Assembly (NCBI GenBank): GCA_043801885.1
Contig: JAZDLP010000323.1
Coordinates: 1 to 40,359, forward strand
From: Planctomycetota bacterium
Lineage (GTDB): Bacteria > Planctomycetota > SZUA-567 > H5-PLA8
Direction of reading: 5' to 3'
DNA: 40,359 bases
Below are positions 27,277 to 36,843 of the stretch, one piece after another (the stretch's first letter is position 1; every line of letters begins with the position of its first letter). The notes beneath the pieces are model-generated. The model made no database searches. It was not told the DNA's origin and saw only the letters and a list, made by a program, of their open reading frames with translations. The translations under genes were made by a program, and so were the position numbers.

Positions 27277-28251
27277 ATGAATCTCGGTCACACACTCATC
27301 ATCCGTCCCGGCGCGCTGGGCGATGCGGTGCTAACGCTGCCTGTTTTGCGCGCGCTGCGGTCGAGTGGCGCGTTGAGTTTGACAGCGCTATGCACGCCTG
27401 CTAGTTGGGCTTTTCTCAAGCCCGCCAGTTTGCGCATGCTGGATTTTTCATCGGCGGACTGGCTGGGACTTATTTCGGAAGCCGTGTCGCTTAATTCCGC
27501 CGCGCAAGAAAAGCTGGCCGGAATTCATACCGCCATCGTTTATTTGAAAGGCGCCGACGATTGCATACAGGCGCTAAAGAAAGCCGGTGTACGAACGGTC
27601 GTGAGCGGCGAGCCACCGACAAACGACACACGCGAGCGGCATACTCATGCAGCAAGACAATTGTTGCAACCGTTGCGAGCGTTTATTTCGGAGACCACAA
27701 TCAACGCGGCGCTGAAGATCGGCGATCAGGCGGCGGATGAGTTTCTCGCTGTGGAAGAACGCGAACGCGCTGTGGCGTTGAGCGGGCTAGGGCTGCGTGC
27801 GCCGTCAACTGACGGATTTTTTGGCATTCATCCGGGCAGTGGCGGGCGGCATAAACGCTGGCCTGCGGAAAATTTCGCACGCGTGACCAAGGAACTTGCG
27901 TCGCGTGGATTTTTGCCGTTGGTGTTCTTCGGTCCGGCGGACGACGCGACGCGGCGAGAATGCGAAGATGTTCTGCCGCGCGACGCAGCATGGACGAGTG
28001 TCGCCAACCGGCCGTTACGCGAAGTCTTGGCGCTGCTGACGCTCTGCCGCGGTTACGTCGGCAACGATGCCGGCCTGACGCACCTGGCCGCGCGCGTTTG
28101 TCCGGTCGTGGTGCTTTTCGGGCCAACCGCGTCTGAACGCTGGACGCCATTGGGCCGGGACATGCGAATTCTACAAGCGCCTGAAAAAAATCTAAGTAAA
28201 CTGGACGTCGCAACGGTACTTGAGGCCGCGTTCGAAATTTCTCGGAGATAA
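27277..28251 (+). CDS. Glycosyltransferase family 9 (heptosyltransferase-like)
   Basis: IRPGALGDAVL, IHPGSGGRHKRWP..F, YVGNDAGLTHLAA, LFGPT..RWTPLG. Confidence 0.9.
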   Translation: MNLGHTLIIRPGALGDAVLTLPVLRALRSSGALSLTALCTPASWAFLKPASLRMLDFSSADWLGLISEAVSLNSAAQEKLAGIHTAIVYLKGADDCIQALKKAGVRTVVSGEPPTNDTRERHTHAARQLLQPLRAFISETTINAALKIGDQAADEFLAVEERERAVALSGLGLRAPSTDGFFGIHPGSGGRHKRWPAENFARVTKELASRGFLPLVFFGPADDATRRECEDVLPRDAAWTSVANRPLREVLALLTLCRGYVGNDAGLTHLAARVCPVVVLFGPTASERWTPLGRDMRILQAPEKNLSKLDVATVLEAAFEISRR

Positions 28252-28468
28252 TTCATTATATTGCGCGCGAGTTAACCCAAGTTTCGCATTCATACTTGTA
28301 AGTCGTTTGCAGTCAACAACCTTTCCTTCCGAGGCACTACAAAATCGACGGGGGCTCTTTACGCGCTATGATTTTTGTTTGGCTCTTCGGAAAAATCTGT
28401 GGGTAAAAAAGACACTGTAGTAGCGAAGTCGGGAATTCCCCCCCCCTTAAAAAGGGGGGGGCAAGGGG

Positions 28469-28957
28469 CATACGTGTTAAGTTAAGAGAACGAAAAAGTG
28501 AAAAATGGTGTTGACACGCTCTTTTTTTTGCGAGTATTACCGATAGCCGATATATGGCTATCGGTAGAAAAGGAGGGAACTATTGAAAGATGCGAAGGCA
28601 GTCGTCAGTCGGATCAAAAAGCGAATGCTGGAGTTGGGGCCGGTGCTGCCGGGAAGTCTCAGTAAACAGTGGAATGTATGCGGTTCGTCAGGATGCGGAG
28701 TTGCGGATTCGCGCAACGAAAGGGGAAGTTAACCCCATATGAATTCCTGGCTCTGATGACTGTCGGATAGATGGCCATGACTCATCCGTCCTTGGCAGGC
28801 ATGGTGGAAGCGATTCGGGCCAAGATCAGCAGAGAGGCTTTGCATTTGCGATTTACGGCCAAAGCTTGCGTCAAAACCAGACAACCTTCGCGAAAAACCA
28901 CTCTTGAACTATTGGACGAATCTTATACTCTTTCCCCTTCTTAACTTAACACGTATG
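28469..28957 (+). mobile_element. Internally deleted IS (IS4-like) with a 19-bp TIR
   Basis: catacgtgttaagttaaga / tcttaacttaacacgtatg. The frame 28702-28944 reads CGFAQRKGKLTPYEFL..*..HPSLAGMV..ISREALHLRF fused to KTRQPSRKTTLELL, with an in-frame TAG at 28768. Confidence 0.75.
28583..28732 (+). pseudogene. Truncated DUF6788-like IS accessory gene with its own promoter and operator
   Basis: TTGACA 28511, palindrome taccgatagcc/ggctatcggta 28538-28566, AAGGAGG, TTG start; LGPVLPGSLSKQWNVCGSSGC, then breaks off. Confidence 0.55.
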
Positions 28958-29076
28958 GGGGACGGGGGGGGTGAGAGTGGGCAACTGGAACACCCCCCAT
29001 GCCCCCCTTTTTAAGGGGGGAAAAATTCCCGACTTCGCTACTACAGTGTCGGATAATTGCTTTAGGATGATGCGTT

Positions 29077-31002
29077 ATGAGCCTGGATAATAAATCATCC
29101 AATCCTTCTTCGCCGACTCCGGCAGTCGGCGTGTGTGGCGGCGCGACGGTCGAACTGCCGCTGTCGGCGCGATCAAAACGGACAATAGGCGAACGTATCT
29201 TAAGCGCGGGCTTTGCGTTGCTGGCGGCGCACGCGCTGCTGAAGATCGTCGGCATTCTGATTAAGAACATCATTCCGAATTATTACGGCGCGGAAATTAG
29301 TGACGTTTATGTTTTTGTCTCCAGCACAGTACTGGGCACGGCGTTCGCCTTCGGGGAGCAATGCTTGAGTCCGGCGTTATTGCCGGTGTTCACGCGCGTC
29401 AAAGAAAAAGACGGCGAAGCGCGAGCCTGGCGTTATCTATCTCTACTTTTTAATCTGCAATTAGTCGTCGTGTTGGCGCTGACGTTTGCGCTGGCGTTCT
29501 TTGCGACTCCGCTGATCAGTCTGCTGACACAGTGGGATGCGCCGAACATTACGTTGACTACGGTGGCGGGCAAGGTGCATGGCGAATTACTGGCCGTGGA
29601 CGACCATGAGATTACCTTGCGCGTAGATGGTCAGGACCGCGTGATTCCGCTCAACGACGCGCGGCATCCGATTTTGTCAAGCAGTGACATCAAAAAATTC
29701 CGGCAAGAGCTGGCTCAGAAACTACCGCGGCGGGAGCTGGGCGGTCAGATGCTGCCGTGGGTGGCGTGGGCGCTGATCGGTATGTCGCTGGCCAGTTTGA
29801 CATATGGCATTTTGATTGGCTACAAACGTTTCTTCTGGGCGGCTTTTGGCGATGCGGCGCTGCGTATCTGTGTTGCGCTGGGCGCGTTATTTGGTGTGTG
29901 GATCGGCAATGGCGACTGGCGTTTTATCGCCACTGGCGCAGTGGTTGGCGGGACCGGCAAACTACTGGTTCATCTGATCGCGCTGGGGTCCGCGCGTCTG
30001 CGTCAGTATCGTTTTACGTTCAACTTGCGCGATCCATATCTGGGCGCTTTTATGCTGCTAGTGCTGCCGTTGCTGGCCGGCATTATCGTCTCCAGCATAC
30101 GCGGTTTGATCATCAACAAAGCGCTCACGACTCAAGCGCTGCTGCCGACCTATTTTCAGCAAGGCCAGGGCGCGGTGGATACTCTTGCCTTCCTGATCCC
30201 ATTCGCGTTGTCCGTCGCGTTGTTGCCGTACTTCTGCGATCTGGCTGCGCGTGATGACAACAAGCAGTTGGGCCAGATTTTGACGCACACTATCCGCAAG
30301 TTGCTGTGGTTCTTCCTGCCTGTGACCATCATTCTGGTGGTGGCGGCGTTGCCGATTTGCTTCGTGTTGTATTCGGGCAAGCTGATGACTCTGCAGCATA
30401 TTCAGTATCCGGCGCTGGTGATGCGTCTGTTTGCGCTGCAATTGCCTTTCGCTGCGCTGGAGATGATGGTGATGCAGGCTTTTTTTTCCAATCGGCGCAT
30501 GTTGGCGCCTACTTTAACCGGCATCGTCTTCTCGATCATCTCTGCCAGCCTGGCTTACTGGCTGGTGATCGTCCGAGACATGAACGACATCTTTGCCATT
30601 CTGTTGACCGTCGCCTTGTGTGTGACGCTGGCCAAAATCTTGAAGGCTTGCATTCTGGTCGGCCTGCTGAAAACCACTGTGCCGGTGTTGCCGCTCGGCG
30701 CCACGGCCGGGTTTCTTGGTCAGTTGGTCGTCGTGGGCAGCGGCGCGGCGCTGACTGCCTGGGGCGCAACGCAATTTTATCATGGCCCGCTTGCTCCTTT
30801 GGCGAAAATGCTGAAGAATGAGCGACTAATTCATCTGACCGAAGTCGTTATCGTAGCCGCCGCAAGCGTTATTGCGTATCTGGCGTTGTCCTGGCTGTTG
30901 AAGATGGACGAGCCGCGACAGTTCTGGCAGTGGACCAAAGAAAAACTCAAACGCCGTGGCTCATCCTCATCGGCCATCTCTAGCGGTGGCGACGCGGATT
31001 GA
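29077..31002 (+). CDS. murJ: Lipid II flippase MurJ/MviN family, with an inserted soluble domain
   Basis: MOP-type multi-TM protein: YYGA..SDVY, LSPALLPVF, ALSVALLP, FFLPVT, QAFFS..RMLAP, LLKMDE. Confidence 0.8.
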   Translation: MSLDNKSSNPSSPTPAVGVCGGATVELPLSARSKRTIGERILSAGFALLAAHALLKIVGILIKNIIPNYYGAEISDVYVFVSSTVLGTAFAFGEQCLSPALLPVFTRVKEKDGEARAWRYLSLLFNLQLVVVLALTFALAFFATPLISLLTQWDAPNITLTTVAGKVHGELLAVDDHEITLRVDGQDRVIPLNDARHPILSSSDIKKFRQELAQKLPRRELGGQMLPWVAWALIGMSLASLTYGILIGYKRFFWAAFGDAALRICVALGALFGVWIGNGDWRFIATGAVVGGTGKLLVHLIALGSARLRQYRFTFNLRDPYLGAFMLLVLPLLAGIIVSSIRGLIINKALTTQALLPTYFQQGQGAVDTLAFLIPFALSVALLPYFCDLAARDDNKQLGQILTHTIRKLLWFFLPVTIILVVAALPICFVLYSGKLMTLQHIQYPALVMRLFALQLPFAALEMMVMQAFFSNRRMLAPTLTGIVFSIISASLAYWLVIVRDMNDIFAILLTVALCVTLAKILKACILVGLLKTTVPVLPLGATAGFLGQLVVVGSGAALTAWGATQFYHGPLAPLAKMLKNERLIHLTEVVIVAAASVIAYLALSWLLKMDEPRQFWQWTKEKLKRRGSSSSAISSGGDAD

Positions 31003-31045
31003 TGATTGACGATTTGGGATTGACGATTTGGAATTGACGATTGAT
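30997..31045 (+). repeat. Heptamer tandem repeat (GATTGAC/GATTTGG)x7
   Basis: gattgat gattgac gatttgg gattgac gatttgg aattgac gattgat; the first unit contains the murJ stop. Confidence 0.9.
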
Positions 31046-31049
31046 GAGT

Positions 31050-31161
31050 ATTCAACGTTTTTTCAGGGCTTCTTGCGCCTTCGGCGCCCAGCCCAGCCAC
31101 TTCGCTTCTGGGCCCGCAAGCCCAAGACGAGCGAAGCGCGTCGGCTGGGCGCGGTTGTTTA
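31050..31161 (-). other. attC-like imperfect hairpin downstream of the DUF6624-like gene
   Basis: On -: TAAAC AACCGCGCCCAGCCGACGCGCTTCGCT..TGGGC/GCCCA..AGCGAAG..GGCTGGGC..CGTTGAA. Confidence 0.4.
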
Positions 31162-31749
31162 TTTGCACCCCATCTTCTTGCTACACATCTCAATGTATTC
31201 AGTGAGCGATGTTAGCCCCGCCTTGATGCGCCTTTCATTTACATTCGCTTCGTCTTCGATGAGGTTAGGAATGAATCGATTATCTTTCCATTGAAGTTGT
31301 GTGCCAAATACCTGGGGCTGGCCTTCGTTAACCCGAACTCGATCCACAAGATAGGCCAGGTTTTTAGCCGAGGCTTCGTCGTTGGCAACCGCCTGAGTCA
31401 ACAACTTTAGGCAAAGTTTTTGGAAATCAGCATCACGATCTGCATGTTGTATCAATAGCCAAGCAGCGTTTGCCCCGTCTTCTCCAACCAGAGTCTTACC
31501 AGGCCAGCCGTACTGTCCGACAATCTGTTTCATTCGGGCCGTATTGGTCGTATCGAGAGTCATGATCAAACCGATCTCTGTCGGAGATAATGACTGACCC
31601 GGTTGATATTTACCAATGATGGTTTTCCGCATCTCTTGGTCTTTAGCAACCATATCAAGCAATTCCTGGCGCAACTCGCAATTGACAGCGCTCAGCTTTG
31701 CATCTGCGCATGTTTTTCGAACTTGCTCAAATTGGTCTTTAGTATTCAT
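31159..31749 (-). CDS. DUF6624-like protein
   Basis: DQEMR, D..NTARMK.IV.QYGWPG..LVGEDG..AAWLLIQHAD, AYLVDRV..GQPQVFGTQ, VNERR..GL. Start uncertain (31749, 31782 or 31794). Confidence 0.75.
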   Translation of the reverse strand: MNTKDQFEQVRKTCADAKLSAVNCELRQELLDMVAKDQEMRKTIIGKYQPGQSLSPTEIGLIMTLDTTNTARMKQIVGQYGWPGKTLVGEDGANAAWLLIQHADRDADFQKLCLKLLTQAVANDEASAKNLAYLVDRVRVNEGQPQVFGTQLQWKDNRFIPNLIEDEANVNERRIKAGLTSLTEYIEMCSKKMGCK

Positions 31750-31778
31750 GGTTTCTATGTGCCAGCGAGTTTTCCTCT

Positions 31779-32930
31779 TCATAAAAATAGGCACGCATCG
31801 CCGTAACTGTAAAAGCGATAGTCGTTCGCCACGGCGTGCGCATAGGCGTGTTTGACGAAAGCAATCCCGTCCGTTGTTTCTGGCGCGGCGAATGCGCAGA
31901 CCAGCATCAACAGACTGGACTTTGGAACGTGAAAATTCGTCAGCAGCGCATCCACTACGCGAAACCGGTACGGCGGGTAAACGAACAGATTGGTGTTGCC
32001 GGCTTTTGATGCTGCCGCCGGCTCGCCATTCGCGGCGCTTCCCTCCAACGTGCGCAGACTGGTAGTGCCGACAGCGATGACGCGGCGGCCTTCCCGTTTG
32101 GCCGCAGCGACGGCTTGAGCCGTGTCTGGGGTAATAGAGTACGGTTCCGGATCAACGAAATGTTCTTCGACGCGGTCAGCTTTCACCGGTCGGAATGTGC
32201 CGGGACCAACATGCAACGTGATGTATTTCCATTCAACGCCGCGCGCCTTAAGCGCCGCGAAAAGCGTATCCGAAAAGTGTAGTCCCGCCGTGGGCGCGGC
32301 GACAGCGCCTGGCGTATGCGCGAAGATCGTTTGATAACGTTGCTTGTCATTGTCCGAAGACGGCCCCGGCAAGCGGTGAATGTACGGCGGCAACGGAACT
32401 TCGCCGCGCGTCTTAACGTAATCTTCGAATTCCGACGCCGAGCAATGAAACTCGATGATGTCTCCAGCTTCTCCCAGCCGCTCGCGCAGCGTGGCCTTGG
32501 GACCGGCGGCGAGTGTAAAAGTTTCGTTCGGTTTCAAATGTCCGCGGGAGTGGATCAGCGTTCGGCATATGGTCGTCTCGATCCGTTTTTCTCCGTCCCC
32601 TCGTCCCCCTGTCTGCAACGCCTTTGGGTTGCGGCTAAAAGATGACGATGCGTCTCCGAGTCCATTTGTTTCCGGTGGCAGCAGTAGAATCTCGATCTTT
32701 CCACCGCTGGAATCACGCGTGGCTCGCAAGCGCGCAGGAATGACACGCGTATCGTTGAGAATTAGTAGATCACCGGGTCGCAATAAACCGGGCAGTTCGC
32801 GGATATGAGCGTCCCGCCACGTACGATCAGCGCGGTTCAGAATCAGCAGCCGCGAAGCTTCCCGGTCCGGCAGTGGCGCCTGCGCGATCAGTTGCGGCGG
32901 AAGGTGGAAGTCGAAGATCGTCGTTTGCAT
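31779..32930 (-). CDS. queA: S-adenosylmethionine:tRNA ribosyltransferase-isomerase
   Basis: FDFHLP..IAQ, NDTRVIPARL, PLPPYI, YQTIFA..GAVAAPTAGLHF, LHVGPGTF, VGTTSLR, TNFHVP, YRFYSYGDA. Confidence 0.97.
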   Translation of the reverse strand: MQTTIFDFHLPPQLIAQAPLPDREASRLLILNRADRTWRDAHIRELPGLLRPGDLLILNDTRVIPARLRATRDSSGGKIEILLLPPETNGLGDASSSFSRNPKALQTGGRGDGEKRIETTICRTLIHSRGHLKPNETFTLAAGPKATLRERLGEAGDIIEFHCSASEFEDYVKTRGEVPLPPYIHRLPGPSSDNDKQRYQTIFAHTPGAVAAPTAGLHFSDTLFAALKARGVEWKYITLHVGPGTFRPVKADRVEEHFVDPEPYSITPDTAQAVAAAKREGRRVIAVGTTSLRTLEGSAANGEPAAASKAGNTNLFVYPPYRFRVVDALLTNFHVPKSSLLMLVCAFAAPETTDGIAFVKHAYAHAVANDYRFYSYGDACLFL

Positions 32931-32998
32931 AAGAGTAATGATAAAAGATTGTCGAAAAATGCTAATCTTTTTTCGCGTGAGAAGGTATATTATGAATT

Positions 32999-34807
32999 AT
33001 GAATGACTGTTTGGCAAACACAATCAGTCAAGGCGGCGCCTCGCCATTTATAACCACAAGACTTGGCTGGCCGGACGCTCTGCTGTTGGCCGCGATTCTC
33101 GCCATTATGGTCTGGGGTCTCGGCAGCTATGGCTTGTACGAGCCGCATGAAGCGCATTTTGCCGGTGTAGGGCGCGAAATGGTCGCGCGTGGCGATTGGA
33201 TTACGCCGCATCTCAATGGCGCTCCTTATCTCAATAAACCACCGTTATTTTACTGGCTGATTGGTGGCAGTTGCGCGCTGTTCGGCGTGAACGAATTCGC
33301 AGCGCGACTGCCGCTGGCGTTGATCGGATGGTGCGGAGCACTGCTGGCTTGGCGTTGGGCAATGCAGTTGTGGGGCCTGCGTGCGGCGCGCGGCGCCGCG
33401 GCGATGTTGACGGTATCTGTCGGCTGGCATGTATTCTGCCACCAGTTGTTGATTGATGCGCTGCTCTCGGTTCTGAATTTTGCGAGCATCTATTTTTTGT
33501 GGCGGGCAACTTTGTCGCCTCATAAACGTGGACGCTGGGCGGCATTCTACGTCACTTTAGGCGCAGCGGTTCTGGCTAAAGGATTGATTGGTCTGGCGTT
33601 GCCCCTGGGACTGCTGGTGATTTATGCGCTGATTCGACGTGATCGAGTCATCTTAAAGCAATGTCGCCCGTTGCTGGGGTTGTTGATCGTGGGTGTGATG
33701 GTACTGCCGTGGTTGTTGTGCTTGGAATTTCATAATCCGGGCGTCGTTACCTATATGCTCATAAACGAACATTGGAGGCGATTGTTTGATAAGCGCGATC
33801 CGCCGGACTATAGCGTGGTGAGAGTATCGAGCCTGGCCTACATTGGCGTGACGCTGGTCTGGATGGCACCTTGGTTCTTATTGCTGCCGCAGACGGGAAT
33901 GTTCGCGTATAAAGAAAGTCGTGCGAAGGCGGCTCGATCAGTAGCGGATGCGGTTCTGCTGCTGGCGCTGGGCGCGTTATTGCCCGTGCTTATTTTTTTG
34001 CCCATTCCAGCTCGATTGATTTATTACAGTTTGCCGACTTTGCCTCCTTTTATAATGCTAACGGCCGGGTGGTGGGCGACCGCTGATAACGAAGTCCATC
34101 GTTTTGGTCGGCGAGCAGCAGCGGGGACACTTCTGCTGACAGGCGTCGCTGTGGCGGGATGCGGTTTTTTTATGCCCATTTTGCTAAAAAACGTCCACCC
34201 GTTAACTGCTGTCCTGATGTTGCCGGATTTTATCAGCGGAGTGGCATTCGCGTTTGGTGGCGCGCTGATAATCGGCGGATTTCTGCTGGCATTGAACCGA
34301 ACCACTTGGGCGCTGACGGCGCTGATCGCTGCTTTGGCCGTCGTGAACCTGCGCGTGGGCGATGGCTTCATCGTGTGCGATAACATCTATTCAGCCAAGC
34401 AACTCGTCGAAAATCTTCATTCTCGCATTGACGACGACGTCATCTGGATATCGGAAGGTTCTAAAGAGATCGGCGGCAGCGCCGGACTCTCCTTTTATCT
34501 AGGCGCGGATGCCATGGGACAGGCGCGGACGGTGTTTGTTATGGACGACGATGTCCGTCGCCCGCCTCCGAAGTTTCCGGTTCGACCGCAATATCTGATC
34601 AATCACGCCGAACTGAAGATCATTTGGAGCGGCTGTAAGCCGGCGCTATTCGTCACCGATTTTCAACGCGATTGGTCGGAGTGCAAAGACCAGCCGCTGC
34701 TGCCGGACGGCGACGTGTATCAGGTGGAAGTACGATTCGGCGGCCACCGGCGCGTTTTCGCTAATCAGGCAGCGTGGGATCGTTTCCCGAAATTGCATCA
34801 AAAATAG
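32999..34807 (+). CDS. ArnT/PMT-like membrane glycosyltransferase (GT-C)
   Basis: LYEPHEAHFA..REM..GDWITP.LNG.PYLNKPPL.YW, FAARLP, LAKG; many TM segments. Confidence 0.88.
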   Translation: MNDCLANTISQGGASPFITTRLGWPDALLLAAILAIMVWGLGSYGLYEPHEAHFAGVGREMVARGDWITPHLNGAPYLNKPPLFYWLIGGSCALFGVNEFAARLPLALIGWCGALLAWRWAMQLWGLRAARGAAAMLTVSVGWHVFCHQLLIDALLSVLNFASIYFLWRATLSPHKRGRWAAFYVTLGAAVLAKGLIGLALPLGLLVIYALIRRDRVILKQCRPLLGLLIVGVMVLPWLLCLEFHNPGVVTYMLINEHWRRLFDKRDPPDYSVVRVSSLAYIGVTLVWMAPWFLLLPQTGMFAYKESRAKAARSVADAVLLLALGALLPVLIFLPIPARLIYYSLPTLPPFIMLTAGWWATADNEVHRFGRRAAAGTLLLTGVAVAGCGFFMPILLKNVHPLTAVLMLPDFISGVAFAFGGALIIGGFLLALNRTTWALTALIAALAVVNLRVGDGFIVCDNIYSAKQLVENLHSRIDDDVIWISEGSKEIGGSAGLSFYLGADAMGQARTVFVMDDDVRRPPPKFPVRPQYLINHAELKIIWSGCKPALFVTDFQRDWSECKDQPLLPDGDVYQVEVRFGGHRRVFANQAAWDRFPKLHQK

Positions 34808-35133
34808 TTAACGCACTTGTGATTTAAGTGGATGATTTTTTTTGAAGGCGTGTTTGTTAGATAATGTCTGATCGTCGCAAGTTGTTTTCGCTAAAGCACT
34901 TGCAAAAGCGCCGTATGAATAATAATTTTTAAGGAATCTTTTAATTTTGTGCATGACTTTTGTAAAGGTTGTGGTAATGTACTTAATCTACATAGACTCC
35001 TATGACCGTCAATTAGACCTGTTTGTCTAATGTGGCCGTTATGCGAGTTTCTTTTAATGTGCAAGTTTAATTTGCTTACAATGCGGATGACCGCTGTGAG
35101 CTAGGGACAGGGATAAGCATAGGGAGGAAAAAG

Positions 35134-36681
35134 ATGGTCAACAAACGTAGTGTTGCTGGTTCGTTGGTGGTGTTGATGTTGATGGCGACTTGTGCAGTGC
35201 GTGCCGGTGGCGATGCCTCTACGGCTGAAATTGATAATTTGAGAAAGGATATCGAAAATCTTCGCAAGCAGTTGAACACTAAGGCTGCGCCTGCGAAAGG
35301 AACTGCAATAGATCAAGCGCTCAATAAGTATGGTCCGGATGCGGCCGTTACGACTAAAGTCGGCAAATTGACAATTGGCGGGTTGCTGCAGGTTTGGTAC
35401 ACGTCATTCCAGAGAGATACGCGGGCGTTGTTTGACGATCCAATCGTTAACAATGTTCCGGACACGAATGAGGCGTCGGACAATAGCAGTTTCCGTATTC
35501 GTCGCGCCGAGATCAAGTTTACGATGGACATCCATGAGAATGTGAAAGCGGTAGTAACGATTGATCCGGCGGCAGAGGCTCGCAGCTTCCCGTTGGTTAC
35601 GTATAATCAGGCGAATAGTGGGATGTTTAAGACGCGCAATAACGTAGCGCCAGAAGTTGACGATGCTACGGATTTAGGTTCGACTACGGTCGTGAGTAAT
35701 GTCCAAAACGGAACAGGTGGTGTTCCGCGTTTGTTAGTAGATGCTTACATTAACTATCATGGCGTGGTTCCGCATCATGATTTTACCGTCGGTCAATTTT
35801 TGCCGTTTTGGGGTGAAGAAGGTGTTCGCTCCGCTAGAGACCTTGATTTCGTAGAACGTTCTTTTGTCGGTTTGCTTAATGCCGAGCGTGATCTTGGCGT
35901 AGCTATTCATGGTTATTGGTGGGATGATCGCGTACAGTATTGGATGGGTGTCGCCAATGGCGCTGGCAACTATCTCGGATCTGGTGGTATTACTGCAAAC
36001 CGCTCCGATGACAACGATCAAAAAGATTTGTCTTGGCGGTTGTTAGTTCGCCCGGTGTGGAATAGCGAAACTTGGGGCAGCTTGGAATTGGGCGGTGGTT
36101 CAGTTTATGGTCAGAAGGGTGAAGCTGGTGGTCGGGATCCAATTAATAATCCGATCAACGGTTTGAACCGCAACAGTAATTGGGCGATGAAACATGCCGC
36201 TTGGGCGATGTATAAGCCAGGCAGTGCAGTTAAAGGTTGGTGGATGCGCGGTGAATGGGCTTGGGTCAAAGATCGTATGGCTCCGGGTTCAGTAGTTGAT
36301 CTTTTGGGCGCTGGTGGCGCTGGTTTCCAACAGACCGATGGTCAGCCGATTAGTGTCGAAGGTTTCTATGTTGCTTCAGGGTACAAAATCTCCGACAGCA
36401 CTTTTAGTGAGAGCGCTCCGAGCTGGCTGAAGCCCTTTGAATTCGCCGCTCGCTATCAGAAGTTCCAGAACGTGATCGTGGCCGATTTGGTTCAGCCCAA
36501 TCATACCGATGTATTCGCCACTCAGGTGTGGACTGCCGGTCTGAACTATTACATCAAGGGCAACAACGCCAAGATTCAGTTGAACTATAACTGGATCATT
36601 AATCCTGACGTTGATGGTGCTCGAGAGTTCCACAACACGAAGAGCAACAGTTTGGCTGTAAACTTCCAAGTCGCGTTCTAA
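35134..36681 (+). CDS. Outer-membrane beta-barrel porin (OprO/OprP-like)
   Basis: RBS GGGAGG; signal peptide, short coiled coil, GLLQVWY, FRIRRAEI, LVDAYI, GQF..F, LDFVERS, RDLG, GLNYY..NNAKIQLNY, C-terminal FQVAF. Confidence 0.85.
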   Translation: MVNKRSVAGSLVVLMLMATCAVRAGGDASTAEIDNLRKDIENLRKQLNTKAAPAKGTAIDQALNKYGPDAAVTTKVGKLTIGGLLQVWYTSFQRDTRALFDDPIVNNVPDTNEASDNSSFRIRRAEIKFTMDIHENVKAVVTIDPAAEARSFPLVTYNQANSGMFKTRNNVAPEVDDATDLGSTTVVSNVQNGTGGVPRLLVDAYINYHGVVPHHDFTVGQFLPFWGEEGVRSARDLDFVERSFVGLLNAERDLGVAIHGYWWDDRVQYWMGVANGAGNYLGSGGITANRSDDNDQKDLSWRLLVRPVWNSETWGSLELGGGSVYGQKGEAGGRDPINNPINGLNRNSNWAMKHAAWAMYKPGSAVKGWWMRGEWAWVKDRMAPGSVVDLLGAGGAGFQQTDGQPISVEGFYVASGYKISDSTFSESAPSWLKPFEFAARYQKFQNVIVADLVQPNHTDVFATQVWTAGLNYYIKGNNAKIQLNYNWIINPDVDGAREFHNTKSNSLAVNFQVAF

Positions 36682-36707
36682 CGACTGGTTGTAACCTTTG
36701 ATCCAAG

Positions 36708-36739
36708 AACCGGGCGAAGCGATTCGCCCGGTTTTTTTT
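36708..36739 (+). terminator. Rho-independent terminator
   Basis: aaccgggcgaa GCGA ttcgcccggtt followed by a T run. Confidence 0.9.
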
Positions 36740-36843
36740 GCCACAGAGAACACAGAGAAACATAGAGGTAACATTAACTAAACTGGACTCAATATTACCC
36801 AGTTTGAACCAGTGCCTACTTTTTTCTTTTAACTTTTACAAGC

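Larger units (their letters stand above)
28411..29050. mobile_element. Outer MITE with a perfect 27-bp TIR containing a nested IS remnant
   Basis: gacactgtagtagcgaagtcgggaatt (28411-28437) / aattcccgacttcgctactacagtgtc (29024-29050), with C-run/G-run hairpins inside both ends. Confidence 0.85.
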
